A stretch of 64,000 bases of DNA from a virus (Duplodnaviria; Caudoviricetes). The notes beneath the pieces are model-generated. The model searched no databases. It was not told the origin of the DNA and was given only the letters and a program-made list of their open reading frames with translations. The stretch lies in IMG/VR virus record IMGVR_UViG_2912838376_000002, positions 64,001 to 128,000 of that record; one strand, 5' to 3'. This document shows positions 40,880-50,370 of this stretch, piece by piece (the first letter of the stretch is position 1; each line of letters begins with the position of its first letter). A program made the position numbers and the translations under genes.

Positions 40880-41959
40880 TTAGCTAGCAAATTTGTAGTT
40901 AACACCAGCTTCAGCTGTATGTGTAATGATGACAGACTCCACTTTGATTCCTTTTAATGGCTCATCGTCTTCATCTTGGAATTTCGCTTTTACAAATTCT
41001 CCATCAACAAGCATTTTATGTGCTTCTTCAACGATATTTGCTGGGTTGAAACTCATAGAGAAGTAATCTCCGCCTTGCATATAACCACTAAGTTGAATCG
41101 TTTCACTGAACAGATTGATGCTCTTACTTCTTAATTCGATAGTCTTACCGTTATCAAGAATCACTTTAACGTCATAACGTTGTGAATCTGTTGTTAAGAT
41201 ATTTAAATCACCAATAGCAGAACGGAACGTATAACCCTCATTTAATTCAAATGCAATCGCGCGCAAGCTGTCGTAATTTAACTTTACGCGATTAGCAAAT
41301 GCTACAACATGTTTGATTTCACCGTGATACTGTTCATCAATTTTGTCTTGTAGGTAGATTTCAATTTCAGAAGCAGTTGGGTAATCAAATCGAATATGGT
41401 AATGGAATCGACCAGGACGGCTTAACATAAACTCATTTACCTTATTAAGGTCGTTTACCGTAATCGCATAGATACGTTTCTTCTGAGAAGTACCATCGAA
41501 TAATCCTAGTAAGTTTTCCTGTTTTTCTGCTTCTTCATTGCGAGGATTGAACATCTTTTCAAACTCATCCAAGATAATTAATGCTTCTTGTTCAATTTGT
41601 TCAATGAAGTCAGCAATCCCTGGGAATGCCTTTGTAACCATAATAACTGGGATGCCCTTTTTAACAACTGCTTCTGCAATAAGTTGAACAAACATGGATT
41701 TACCCATCCCTTTGTTACCACTTAAGATAATACCTAAGCTGCGTTCAAACTTATCATATGATTTTAATACTTTACTAATCTTTTCTGGATGACTTCCATA
41801 AATCTTTGATTCTGTTGATTCAAAGTTATCAATCTTCTCTAAAGAGAAACCTGCTCTTGGATTGAATTCTACTTTGTATGTAGCAGCTGGTAGTTTGTCA
41901 TAAATTTTTAAGTCATCACCGTAGATTTTATATGTACTTCCAAAGTTAATAATTTTCAT
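40880..41959 (-). CDS. AAA+ ATPase
   Basis: GNKGMGKS, ILDEFEK, SRPGRFHY; ATG at 41959 after AAGGAG. Confidence 0.9.
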   Translation of the reverse strand: MKIINFGSTYKIYGDDLKIYDKLPAATYKVEFNPRAGFSLEKIDNFESTESKIYGSHPEKISKVLKSYDKFERSLGIILSGNKGMGKSMFVQLIAEAVVKKGIPVIMVTKAFPGIADFIEQIEQEALIILDEFEKMFNPRNEEAEKQENLLGLFDGTSQKKRIYAITVNDLNKVNEFMLSRPGRFHYHIRFDYPTASEIEIYLQDKIDEQYHGEIKHVVAFANRVKLNYDSLRAIAFELNEGYTFRSAIGDLNILTTDSQRYDVKVILDNGKTIELRSKSINLFSETIQLSGYMQGGDYFSMSFNPANIVEEAHKMLVDGEFVKAKFQDEDDEPLKGIKVESVIITHTAEAGVNYKFAS

Positions 41960-42073
41960 TGTATATTGCTCCTTTTTCTCTCGTTGTTTTTTGTTTTTTA
42001 TTTTTGTCGTTGTTGAAAAAAGAGTCTCAAGCAACCGAAATTACCCGAGACATATTTGAAGATGTTGAGATTA

Positions 42074-43699
42074 TCAGTCCCAACGATCAAGCTTGTAAAC
42101 TGCTGTTCCTGTTTTTGTTGTTACACGAACCATTGCGTTCCAAGTTGCACCGTATTGTAATCGAACACCACAAGCAGAAGCTTCGTCGTACTCTTCAATA
42201 GTTGCACCCTTAGAATAAGCTTCAAGAGTTGAGCGAATTTCACGTAACTCTGATTTAAGGATTTCTGGGAACAATGCATTACCAGCACTATTGAATCGAT
42301 TATCTTTTGCTCCATCTAGAATAAGGAATACTGCTTTTCCTTGATGAGTATTTTCGTCATACCACATAGACGGCTGGAATGTAATTGCAGTTACTTTTTG
42401 GTAGCCTGTAGATACATTCCACTTGCTAGCATTTGAACCACCACTGTACACATACCAAGAGAAAGGATTACGTTGCTCTTCTTTATCCCATTGTAAAATA
42501 GGTGGCGCATCTTCATATGAAGCTGTAAGAATAGCTGAGAAGTTATCAACGCTCTTAACTTGGTATTCAATTTCTTCTGCTAATGGAAGAACTGTTTCCA
42601 TGAACTTTCTCCATGTCATAGTGACAGGTGGTACATTCATTTTAGGCAACTCTTTCTTATCTTTTGATTGAAGATGTGAGAAGACTCCTCCACTGCTTTT
42701 CGCAGTTTCTGTTTTACCTTTAGGAGTCCATTCTGTTTTTAATTCTTCTACTCGTGCAAATCGACGACTTAAAGATTTTTGAATTCCTAATTTCTCAACA
42801 ATCTTTTCTGCTTGAGCAATGTTACCTGCTGAAGGAGCTGCTTGTGGACGTTGGTATTGTAATGGATGCATCTTTTCAGCAAATCGACGACTAACTGTAT
42901 CGAATGACATACCAGAAGCGATATCATCAAGAAGCGTTCCAATCATTGAACTTCTAACATGACAGAAACCTGTCGGTGCCGTAGCAACAGCTAACCAAAC
43001 AATGTTTTCTTTATGGCGAGAGTTTTTAACACTATCGCGTTTTGCATGTACTTCTCTAAACCATTCAGCAGTACCTAAGCATTTCTCTGAACGATAAAGA
43101 GATTCTGTTTTTAATAGTCCTACCGCTTGATCCACAACATCAACTGAATACTCCATTAATGCTCTGATAAGCATTTTAAAGTCTTCTAATTTCTCAGCCG
43201 TAACTTGATATGCAGTACGAATTATAGAACGATTTACTAATGTTTGAGGTAATGCGACAGATAAATGAGTCCATTCGCCAGTACGAGGAATACCTAATAC
43301 TCGTGCATCTGGAATGAATACGCCATTCACTCTTGCATTTAGTACAGCTTTTTTCATTGCAGAAACTGCTGGTGCGAAGAAACTTGGTGTAATATCTTCG
43401 TTCCACATTGCAGAATTCATAGTTCCATCTTCATCGATAGTAACAAGACCACCGAAACGATTAATGAAAGTACGACAAGCGTTACAAGTGTAATGCTGAC
43501 GAGCTTCTGCAGGTAGATTATTTAAATAGATTTCATACAATTCACCAACATTTGTAGTGAACAGTTTCTTACCTGATTCAATTGCCATATCAAAGAAGTT
43601 CTTTACGCTTTGTTCAAATTGAGGATACTGATCGTTATTGCTATCCTCTTTGTTATAACCATACCCATTTAAGCTCATTTCTTTATTCATCTTTAACAC
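42074..43699 (-). CDS. Conserved hypothetical protein (541 aa)
   Basis: HYTCNACRTF, CHVRSSMIGTLL; long ORF. Confidence 0.75.
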   Translation of the reverse strand: MLKMNKEMSLNGYGYNKEDSNNDQYPQFEQSVKNFFDMAIESGKKLFTTNVGELYEIYLNNLPAEARQHYTCNACRTFINRFGGLVTIDEDGTMNSAMWNEDITPSFFAPAVSAMKKAVLNARVNGVFIPDARVLGIPRTGEWTHLSVALPQTLVNRSIIRTAYQVTAEKLEDFKMLIRALMEYSVDVVDQAVGLLKTESLYRSEKCLGTAEWFREVHAKRDSVKNSRHKENIVWLAVATAPTGFCHVRSSMIGTLLDDIASGMSFDTVSRRFAEKMHPLQYQRPQAAPSAGNIAQAEKIVEKLGIQKSLSRRFARVEELKTEWTPKGKTETAKSSGGVFSHLQSKDKKELPKMNVPPVTMTWRKFMETVLPLAEEIEYQVKSVDNFSAILTASYEDAPPILQWDKEEQRNPFSWYVYSGGSNASKWNVSTGYQKVTAITFQPSMWYDENTHQGKAVFLILDGAKDNRFNSAGNALFPEILKSELREIRSTLEAYSKGATIEEYDEASACGVRLQYGATWNAMVRVTTKTGTAVYKLDRWD

Positions 43700-43752
43700 T
43701 CTCCTGTTTTTGTTAGTTTTTGGTTTTATATATAATAGTGAATGATTCTATA

Positions 43753-43908
43753 TCACCCAACTGAAATTCCTTCAATAGCTTTATGTACTTCACTTGTAAC
43801 ATCATGTCTTGAGTCACATAGGAAGGTTCCATTTTGATAAGTGGTGACTACACAAACCAGTCTCCCATCTACCATGAAATGATTTACTTCTGTAGTAATA
43901 TTACTCAT
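43753..43908 (-). CDS. Small hypothetical protein
   Basis: ATG at 43908 after GGAGG. Confidence 0.55.
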   Translation of the reverse strand: MSNITTEVNHFMVDGRLVCVVTTYQNGTFLCDSRHDVTSEVHKAIEGISVG

Positions 43909-43956
43909 AACTTTTCCTCCCATATTAAAAAAGGTAAGGGCGTTAGCCCTCACCTA

Positions 43957-45063
43957 TTAAGCTGCTTGTTGGTCAATTAATTCTTTTACATCCATTAATA
44001 CGCCGAATAATCCATCTGCAGATGTTGATTTGCATGGAACAAAGAATTCATTACAAACTTTAGCAACGTACTTACTTGCATCATGACTATTTTCTTGTGT
44101 GCTAATAATTACATAGTCAGACTTAAGAATTTGAGAACGGATTCTTTGCTTATGTTCATCCCCTGTAAGATGAGTAAGTTGAATCTCTTCTACTCCATTT
44201 AATGAGTCTTTGAAGTCATTCATACGTCCTTCTAACCCTACTAACAGGATTTTTTTGTTCAGAAAAGGTGTTTTATCAAGTCGATCTATCATGGAGAAGC
44301 CCGATTCTGATTCAGTTGCATTGTTTTGACGATATGTTAATCGTTTTGACTCAACAGAAGTTGTTTGTTCAATTTCATCTGTGTTGTATTTATATGTGGC
44401 ACGGAAACTATTTGTAATGTTATTTGTGTAGAAACGGCCATCAATAATGTCGTCTTTACTAATTTTGAAACGTTGTGCATCTTTTTCATTAATATATAAA
44501 CATGCAGGTGATTCATTTACAAAAATTGCTCCGTTGTTTGTGCTTGTAACTACTAATCGTCCACTAATTTCCTCAACGATACCCATCTTAATTTCTGCTA
44601 AGCTAGGGTTCGGAACATTTTTCCGATCCACGATACGGAATTCATAAATTGGTGAACCATCTTGAAATTGACCTTTAATACCTGTTACTTCAACTTTATT
44701 TTCATTTTCCATAGAAAGCTTACGAACTAGTTCTTCTGGAATTGGATATTTTAATTCTTCAATTACACCGCCAAATGCTTTCTTAAGAAACGTAAATACG
44801 TGTCCAACTGGATATGTATCTACCACTTCTACTGGTTCAACAACAATTGCTTCCGGTGCTAATACTTCTGTTGGCTCTAAAACAACATCTGCTTCGACAC
44901 TGCCGCCTTCATAACTCATTTTGCTTAATTCTACAAGTTGTTCAATTATTCTATAATGAGGTTTAGCCCATTCTTCATATCTGTTAAAGTTTGATAATGT
45001 AACCTGTTGTAATTCATGAACCATTTTTGCTTTTAATTCTTCAAACATTTTATCTATATACAT
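43957..45063 (-). CDS. Protein with C-terminal DUF2325-like domain
   Basis: ILLVG...SDYVII.T..NSH.AS....K.C. Confidence 0.7.
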   Translation of the reverse strand: MYIDKMFEELKAKMVHELQQVTLSNFNRYEEWAKPHYRIIEQLVELSKMSYEGGSVEADVVLEPTEVLAPEAIVVEPVEVVDTYPVGHVFTFLKKAFGGVIEELKYPIPEELVRKLSMENENKVEVTGIKGQFQDGSPIYEFRIVDRKNVPNPSLAEIKMGIVEEISGRLVVTSTNNGAIFVNESPACLYINEKDAQRFKISKDDIIDGRFYTNNITNSFRATYKYNTDEIEQTTSVESKRLTYRQNNATESESGFSMIDRLDKTPFLNKKILLVGLEGRMNDFKDSLNGVEEIQLTHLTGDEHKQRIRSQILKSDYVIISTQENSHDASKYVAKVCNEFFVPCKSTSADGLFGVLMDVKELIDQQAA

Positions 45064-45248
45064 TTTAATTAGTCCTCCAATTTATCTAGCAACTTATGAT
45101 GCTATTATACTTTTATTTAAAATCGAATTGTCTTGAATGACATAGATGTCATTTAAGATTCATTTAAGTTAGTTTTCATGTAATTGTTTTATAAATTCAG
45201 ACAAAAGAAGAACCGCCCACTTTTCTAGTGAACGGCCTTACCTTTTGA

Positions 45249-45494
45249 CTATAGAGCAACGGGCTCTGTTTGTTCATACATATTGTATGTTGTTACTTTG
45301 CTAGACATAGCTTCGCAGTAATCATCAAATGCTTTCTTACCCTCTTTATCGCTGCTAAATTTATCAGTAGAGAATGAAACTCCACGATTAATTTTCACAC
45401 CGCGACGGATAATGAAATCATCTCGCATATCAGCATCTTGAACGATACCAGATCCTGCGAAGTGTCCACCAAAGCTTGAACGTAACATATTCAT
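45249..45494 (-). CDS. Hypothetical protein
   Basis: RBS GAGG. Confidence 0.55.
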   Translation of the reverse strand: MNMLRSSFGGHFAGSGIVQDADMRDDFIIRRGVKINRGVSFSTDKFSSDKEGKKAFDDYCEAMSSKVTTYNMYEQTEPVAL

Positions 45495-45575
45495 ATTCGA
45501 TACCTCTCAAGATATTACAGAATGTAGCCTAATCGAGTAGGAAAATATCATGTAGGGACTAATTCTGTTTTATTT

Positions 45576-46664
45576 TTATGCCGCAGCTTGTAATTCAGGT
45601 TTTGATGCTTCTTCCGTATCACCATAACCATCTTCATCTACACGTTCACCATCTGGAAGTTCAACTTCTACTCCACGGATTTTCGCTTCAAGTTCAGCAG
45701 CTAAATCTTTGTTTTCATGTAAGAAAGCAACAAGTCTTGCTTGTCCATTGAACTTAAGTTCTACACCATTATGTTGTCGAATTTCTCCAGTTTCTTCATC
45801 AATAATACGGTACCATCCACCATTTTTATGAATGATTTCCGCAAGAATAGCTACCTGAGCTACTTCGTCAATACGGTCTACACCATGTCCATAGATAAGT
45901 GGGAACGAAGCTTCCTTGAATGGAACTGCAATTTTATTTTTTACAACTTTAATTTTTACAATGTGACCAATAATCTCATTGCCGTTCTTAATGTATTCGC
46001 CCATCGTAACTCGAATACGTTGAGAAGCATAGAATGGTAATGCACGACCACCAGAAGTTGTTGTAGGTGTACCAGCTGGGCTGAATTTACCAATAGCTTC
46101 ACGGATTTGGTTAATGAATCCTACTGTACAATTGTGCTCATAAGCAATACCTGTTAACTTCTGCATTGTTGTACTCATAAAACGAGCTAGTAGACCCATA
46201 GTTTGTTGTTCAGCAGAAGATTCTACAATTTTAGTTGGAACCATTGCAGATACAGAGTCAATTGCAATCAAACGAACTTCACCTGAGCGGATAAGACTAT
46301 CAGCAATATCTACAGCATTTTCTGCAGTTTTTGGGTTTACATAGATTAATTTATCTAAGTCTACTCCGTATTGTTGTGCTAGTTCTTTGTTCATAGCATG
46401 CTCCATATCAATGAAAGCCACATAACCTTCATTTTTACGTTGAACTTCAGCTATATGAAGAAACATCAGTGTTGTTTTTCCAGCCATTGAGTTACCAAAG
46501 TACTCAATAATACGACCATTTGCTACTCCTCCACCTAAAGCTAAGTCCATTGTTAATGAACCGCTTGAGAAAAGTTTAATAGTTGGACCTGTATTAACCG
46601 AATAACCGATTGTATCTTCTCCAAGTTGTTTGTTGATTGTAGACATTAATTTTTCAATGCTCAT
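45576..46664 (-). CDS. recA: RecA recombinase
   Basis: SGSLTMDLALG, GKTT, IDSVSAM, ARFMS, INQIR, GGRALPFYAS.R, VVKNK. Confidence 0.96.
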   Translation of the reverse strand: MSIEKLMSTINKQLGEDTIGYSVNTGPTIKLFSSGSLTMDLALGGGVANGRIIEYFGNSMAGKTTLMFLHIAEVQRKNEGYVAFIDMEHAMNKELAQQYGVDLDKLIYVNPKTAENAVDIADSLIRSGEVRLIAIDSVSAMVPTKIVESSAEQQTMGLLARFMSTTMQKLTGIAYEHNCTVGFINQIREAIGKFSPAGTPTTTSGGRALPFYASQRIRVTMGEYIKNGNEIIGHIVKIKVVKNKIAVPFKEASFPLIYGHGVDRIDEVAQVAILAEIIHKNGGWYRIIDEETGEIRQHNGVELKFNGQARLVAFLHENKDLAAELEAKIRGVEVELPDGERVDEDGYGDTEEASKPELQAAA

Positions 46665-46993
46665 TTATTGTCCTCCGTCGTGTTGTATTTTGTGAGAATC
46701 TCCTGTGCACGCACTAGGACTTCCACATCTTCATACAACCCGAACTGCTTTGCAGAGTCCCTTTCACTCCTAGCACGCTTTTCTACCTTATTAATAAGGC
46801 TTCCAAGATCAAGAGATTCTTCTTGTTTCATAGCTTGTTTAGTAAAGTATTCAAACTCCTCACTTAAACAAATAGAAATTTGTTCTACTGCTTCTTCATG
46901 CGGTAACGTTTGTAAATAAGAGTTATAAAGGCCCATCAGGAATTGATGAAGCCCTTGTTTTAACTCTGATCGTAATCGTCGTTGAGTACTCAT
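46661..46993 (-). CDS. Hypothetical protein
   Basis: Between ssb and recA, coupled. Confidence 0.6.
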   Translation of the reverse strand: MSTQRRLRSELKQGLHQFLMGLYNSYLQTLPHEEAVEQISICLSEEFEYFTKQAMKQEESLDLGSLINKVEKRARSERDSAKQFGLYEDVEVLVRAQEILTKYNTTEDNK

Positions 46994-47023
46994 ATAATCA
47001 CCTCAAGAAACGAATACCCTACC

Positions 47024-47584
47024 CTAGAATGGTAGAGCATCGTCACTAATATTCACGCCACCAGCGAACATCTCAGGGTTGTATTGCCCTTGTTGTCCTT
47101 GTGGTTGGTATGGAGGTTGTTGGAATTGTTGCTGACCTTGTTGACCGTAAGGGTTTTGACCTTGGAACTGCTGTTGCTGTCCTGGTGGTTGGTATGGGTT
47201 TTGTCCCTGGAATTGTTGTTGCTGTTGGAACTGTTGTTGACCTTGTTGTTGGAATTGCTGTTGTTGGCCGCCATTACCTTGTCCACCGTCATTATTAGAA
47301 GAAAGGAATTTGATTTGGTCTGCACGAAGCTCCCAATATGTTGTTTTATCCTTTTTAGAAGACTTCATCTTACCTTCTACTAATACTAAAGAACCCTTTT
47401 TAGTGTACTGTTGTACGTTTTCACCTAATTTACCCCAAGCTGATACATTAAAGAAATCGGTAGTTTTCTTATCTCCGAATCCGTCATCTACTGCGATAGC
47501 AAAACGACAAACTTTGTTTTCACCATATGTTTCACTCTCAGGATCACGAGTTAAACGACCTACTGCTACTTGTTTTTGATACAT
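47024..47584 (-). CDS. ssb: Single-stranded DNA-binding protein
   Basis: VGRLTRDPE, KGSLVLVEG, C-terminal DDALPF; Q-rich linker. Confidence 0.95.
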   Translation of the reverse strand: MYQKQVAVGRLTRDPESETYGENKVCRFAIAVDDGFGDKKTTDFFNVSAWGKLGENVQQYTKKGSLVLVEGKMKSSKKDKTTYWELRADQIKFLSSNNDGGQGNGGQQQQFQQQGQQQFQQQQQFQGQNPYQPPGQQQQFQGQNPYGQQGQQQFQQPPYQPQGQQGQYNPEMFAGGVNISDDALPF

Positions 47585-47605
47585 AATAAATTACCTCCGG
47601 ATTTT

Positions 47606-48106
47606 TTAATTTGATATATATGTTTCATTCGCTACATAGTCATGAAGCGGTTTTAACAACGAAAATACAGCGTCTTTGTTAGACATCTTCTTCTCTTTAA
47701 AATCTTGAACAAACTCTACTTCGATTAAAGAGACTCCTTCATTACATGCAGTCGCTGCGCTTAACTCATTTGCGAGTTTTTCTTGAGCGAATTTAATTTG
47801 TTCCACTGAAGGGTAAGGCATTGCTGAAGAACATCTGCTATAGATGTAGTTCCTGCACCCAACAGCACAAACATAATCTCGATCGTAATGATTTTCTTCA
47901 TATTTAATACCTAACTTCTCAAGCGTAGGAATTAATGATTTTGGTACATTCGCCCCAGTCGTTCTTTCACGCCGGTTATGAATGTATAAAGCTTTGAATT
48001 CAATAATGTACTTATCACGACCATAACGATGATTCGAATAGTCATAACGTGGTTCATGATAAGTAAACAAGATGCTTCCAACGCTCAATTTCTTATGCAT
48101 TGCCAT
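47606..48106 (-). CDS. Hypothetical protein
   Basis: RBS; operonic. Confidence 0.6.
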   Translation of the reverse strand: MAMHKKLSVGSILFTYHEPRYDYSNHRYGRDKYIIEFKALYIHNRRERTTGANVPKSLIPTLEKLGIKYEENHYDRDYVCAVGCRNYIYSRCSSAMPYPSVEQIKFAQEKLANELSAATACNEGVSLIEVEFVQDFKEKKMSNKDAVFSLLKPLHDYVANETYISN

Positions 48107-48119
48107 CGCTATATCACCC

Positions 48120-48704
48120 CTATTGTTTCTGAGTAGATTTAGATTCTCTTCTTATTTTGTTGTAGCAGCGGCGACAAACACTTGAGTATGACTCATTGCC
48201 ACCTACCTGTACGACTTCTCCCTCAAAGACAGGAATGCTGTTTATTAAACGCACATTTCGATTTGCTTTGTTCTCACAATGAATGCATTGGTTCTTAATT
48301 TCACGAATACTATCTGCTGATTCCACTAATCGTTTACTTCCTTCGAATAGCTGACCTTGGAAATCTGTCATTAACCCATAAGCAATAACGTTAATCCCAA
48401 AATCATCTGCTAAATGTGAAAGTGTATCGATCATATCCTTGTCCATGAATTGAACTTCATCTACAAATAACCAGTCAGGTTTTTTCAGCATTGCTATCTG
48501 AATTAACTCCGTGAAATGAGTAATTGGTGTACAATCCATCTCAATACTTAGGGCACGAGACTTAATCTTTGTATCCCTTGTATCCTGAGAACTCTTGACG
48601 ATCTCGAAGTTCTTTCCTTGTTGTTCGAAATTAAATGCGGTCATAATCAACTGTGCTGACTTTGAGCTGTTCATGCTTCCGTAATAAAAAACTACCTTGG
48701 CCAT
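48120..48704 (-). CDS. tdk: Thymidine kinase
   Basis: YGSMNSSKS, VDEVQF, YGLMTDF, VGGNESYSSVCR. Confidence 0.95.
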   Translation of the reverse strand: MAKVVFYYGSMNSSKSAQLIMTAFNFEQQGKNFEIVKSSQDTRDTKIKSRALSIEMDCTPITHFTELIQIAMLKKPDWLFVDEVQFMDKDMIDTLSHLADDFGINVIAYGLMTDFQGQLFEGSKRLVESADSIREIKNQCIHCENKANRNVRLINSIPVFEGEVVQVGGNESYSSVCRRCYNKIRRESKSTQKQ

Positions 48705-48729
48705 TTAGACCCTCTCCCTCTTACTAAAA

Positions 48730-49170
48730 TCAATGTTGTTTTGTTGATCCAATCTTATTTAGGCGTTGCTCTTCAGCAATCAGAATGTGTGTCCAATTCT
48801 TTTCATACGTTTTTAAGAAGTCAAAATACGCTTTCTGTTCATCGGAGGTTGGAGTAAGTTCAAAGATATGAACTAAAGCATTAATCACATCAAGAGACTC
48901 TTCTTTATTGTCATCATTGAAGACAAATAAAAAGTGCGTTTCTCCCTGCTCTATCTTCATCTGCAATGCTGTTAAAAGCAGACTAGCGACAGTTTTTTCA
49001 CTAGCATTCGGGAAGAGACGCCTACATGTTTCGATTGAAATATGATTATCGTTAGTAAAGTCATCGTCTTTGAAAATAGAAGTATCTTTTAAGTCTGTTA
49101 CCGCTAAAATAAAATGATTTCGATGAAATGCAGTTAAGTTGCTTTCATGAATTGTTGATAAATTGATCAA
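48730..49170 (-). CDS. Hypothetical protein
   Basis: TTG start after GAGGAG; promoter motif upstream. Confidence 0.6.
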   Translation of the reverse strand: MINLSTIHESNLTAFHRNHFILAVTDLKDTSIFKDDDFTNDNHISIETCRRLFPNASEKTVASLLLTALQMKIEQGETHFLFVFNDDNKEESLDVINALVHIFELTPTSDEQKAYFDFLKTYEKNWTHILIAEEQRLNKIGSTKQH

Positions 49171-49383
49171 TTAAATAACTCCTCTCAGAACGTAAGCACT
49201 TAAAAATTAAAAATCAAGACAAAAAGAGCCTTCTCAAGTAGTTTTTTCTACAAGAAAAGGCTCCTTATATAAAACAAAAAAACCGCTACATTTAGCGGTT
49301 CTCCGTATCCCTTTTTAAGTGTAGAGATAAACACGTTTCGTAACAAATTTAAATGTAATTTGAGGGAGAGAATTATTATTATA

Positions 49384-49472
49384 TGGCAGAGAGGACGAGA
49401 TTCGAACTCGCGCACGTTTTACCGCCTACTCCCTTAGCAGGGGAGCCCCTTAAGCCACTTGGGTACCTCTCT
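49384..49472 (-). tRNA. tRNA-Ser(GCT)
   Basis: Cloverleaf with long variable arm, anticodon loop CTGCTAA, CCA encoded. Confidence 0.9.
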
Positions 49473-49482
49473 GTAGTATTAT

Positions 49483-49599
49483 GGTTGCATTAGTTACCTA
49501 GAACTAGTTCATATCCTAACCAGTAAATAGTTGTTGTATTTCTAGTCTTATAAACTCTAGGGATTAAGTTGTTAAAGAATGACTTCAACTAATATCACC
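49483..49599 (-). ncRNA. Putative structured RNA in a tRNA spacer
   Basis: Ends pair (GGT..TATTAGTTG / TAACTAATG..ACC); inner CCTAGAG/TTCTAGG stem. Confidence 0.4.
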
Positions 49600-49612
49600 T
49601 CTAATATAATTC

Positions 49613-49687
49613 TGGTGAAGGTGGTGGGGAATTGACCCCACGGTCTCTGCTCTTTACCAGTCAGTCTCCAATTTCCGGTTCACCTTC
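49613..49687 (-). pseudogene. tRNA-like element with non-canonical arms
   Basis: Acceptor GAAGGTG/CACCTTC + ACCA; altered T loop; anticodon stem does not pair. Confidence 0.6.
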
Positions 49688-49696
49688 ATATATAAT

Positions 49697-49770
49697 TGGC
49701 AGGAGCAGTAGGAATCGAACCCACAACGGAGGTTTTGGAGACCTCTGTTTTACCTTTAAACTATACTCCT
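49697..49770 (-). tRNA. tRNA-Trp(CCA)
   Basis: Anticodon loop CTCCAAA; CCA end. Confidence 0.92.
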
Positions 49771-49773
49771 ATG

Positions 49774-49860
49774 TGGTGGGAAAGGCAGGACTTGAACCTG
49801 CAATGTATCTTACGTCACGGTTTTACAGACCGCTTGCTTCACCAATTTGCATACTCGCCC
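49774..49860 (-). tRNA. tRNA-Tyr(GTA)
   Basis: Loop CTGTAAA, long variable arm, CCA end. Confidence 0.9.
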
Positions 49861-49874
49861 ATATATAATATGAG

Positions 49875-50004
49875 TAGAACAATCAACAACTCACAGCTTA
49901 TCTTTCAGCGTAGTTTGTAGCAGACTGATCACCTACGCTTATTCAATACCCTAATTTATTCATACAAAGTCTGCACCACGAGGTCCTCGTATGAATTTGT
50001 TCTA
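49875..50004 (-). ncRNA. Putative kissing-loop structured RNA
   Basis: Closing stem TAGAACAA/TTGTTCTA; two hairpins whose loops contain complementary GCAGACT/AGTCTGC. Confidence 0.6.
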
Positions 50005-50179
50005 AAAAGGTTGAGGGCGTTAGCCCTCGTTGGTGTCATACATGTGTGTGTGAAAAATAATGTGAGTAGAGCATCGGAATACTTCTACTCTGTTCGCTAA
50101 GGAACGTAAAAACAATGTGTGTCCTGTTAACTGTACGCCTCCGAAGGGACACTTCTTTTAAGGGGAGACGCACAGCAGA

Positions 50180-50253
50180 TGCCGATGATAGGACTCGAAC
50201 CTACAACCTCCTGATTACAAGTCAGGCGCACTAGCCAATTGTGCTACACCGGC
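50180..50253 (-). tRNA. tRNA-Thr(TGT)
   Basis: Loop CTTGTAA; no encoded CCA. Confidence 0.92.
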
Positions 50254-50262
50254 ATATAAAAA

Positions 50263-50339
50263 TGGCGAGGGTGACGGGACTCGAACCCGCGACCTCTTGC
50301 GTGACAGGCAAGCGAACACTCCAACTGTTCTACACCCCC
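50263..50339 (-). tRNA. tRNA-Asp(GTC)
   Basis: Loop CTGTCAC; CCA end. Confidence 0.92.
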
Positions 50340-50370
50340 ATAATAGAGGGGCCTAAGCCCCTGTTTGATA

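Noticed and set aside
47053-47579. Alternative-frame ORFs over ssb (N-rich, L-rich, V-rich)
   Set aside because: Shadows of the CAA/CAG-rich SSB linker
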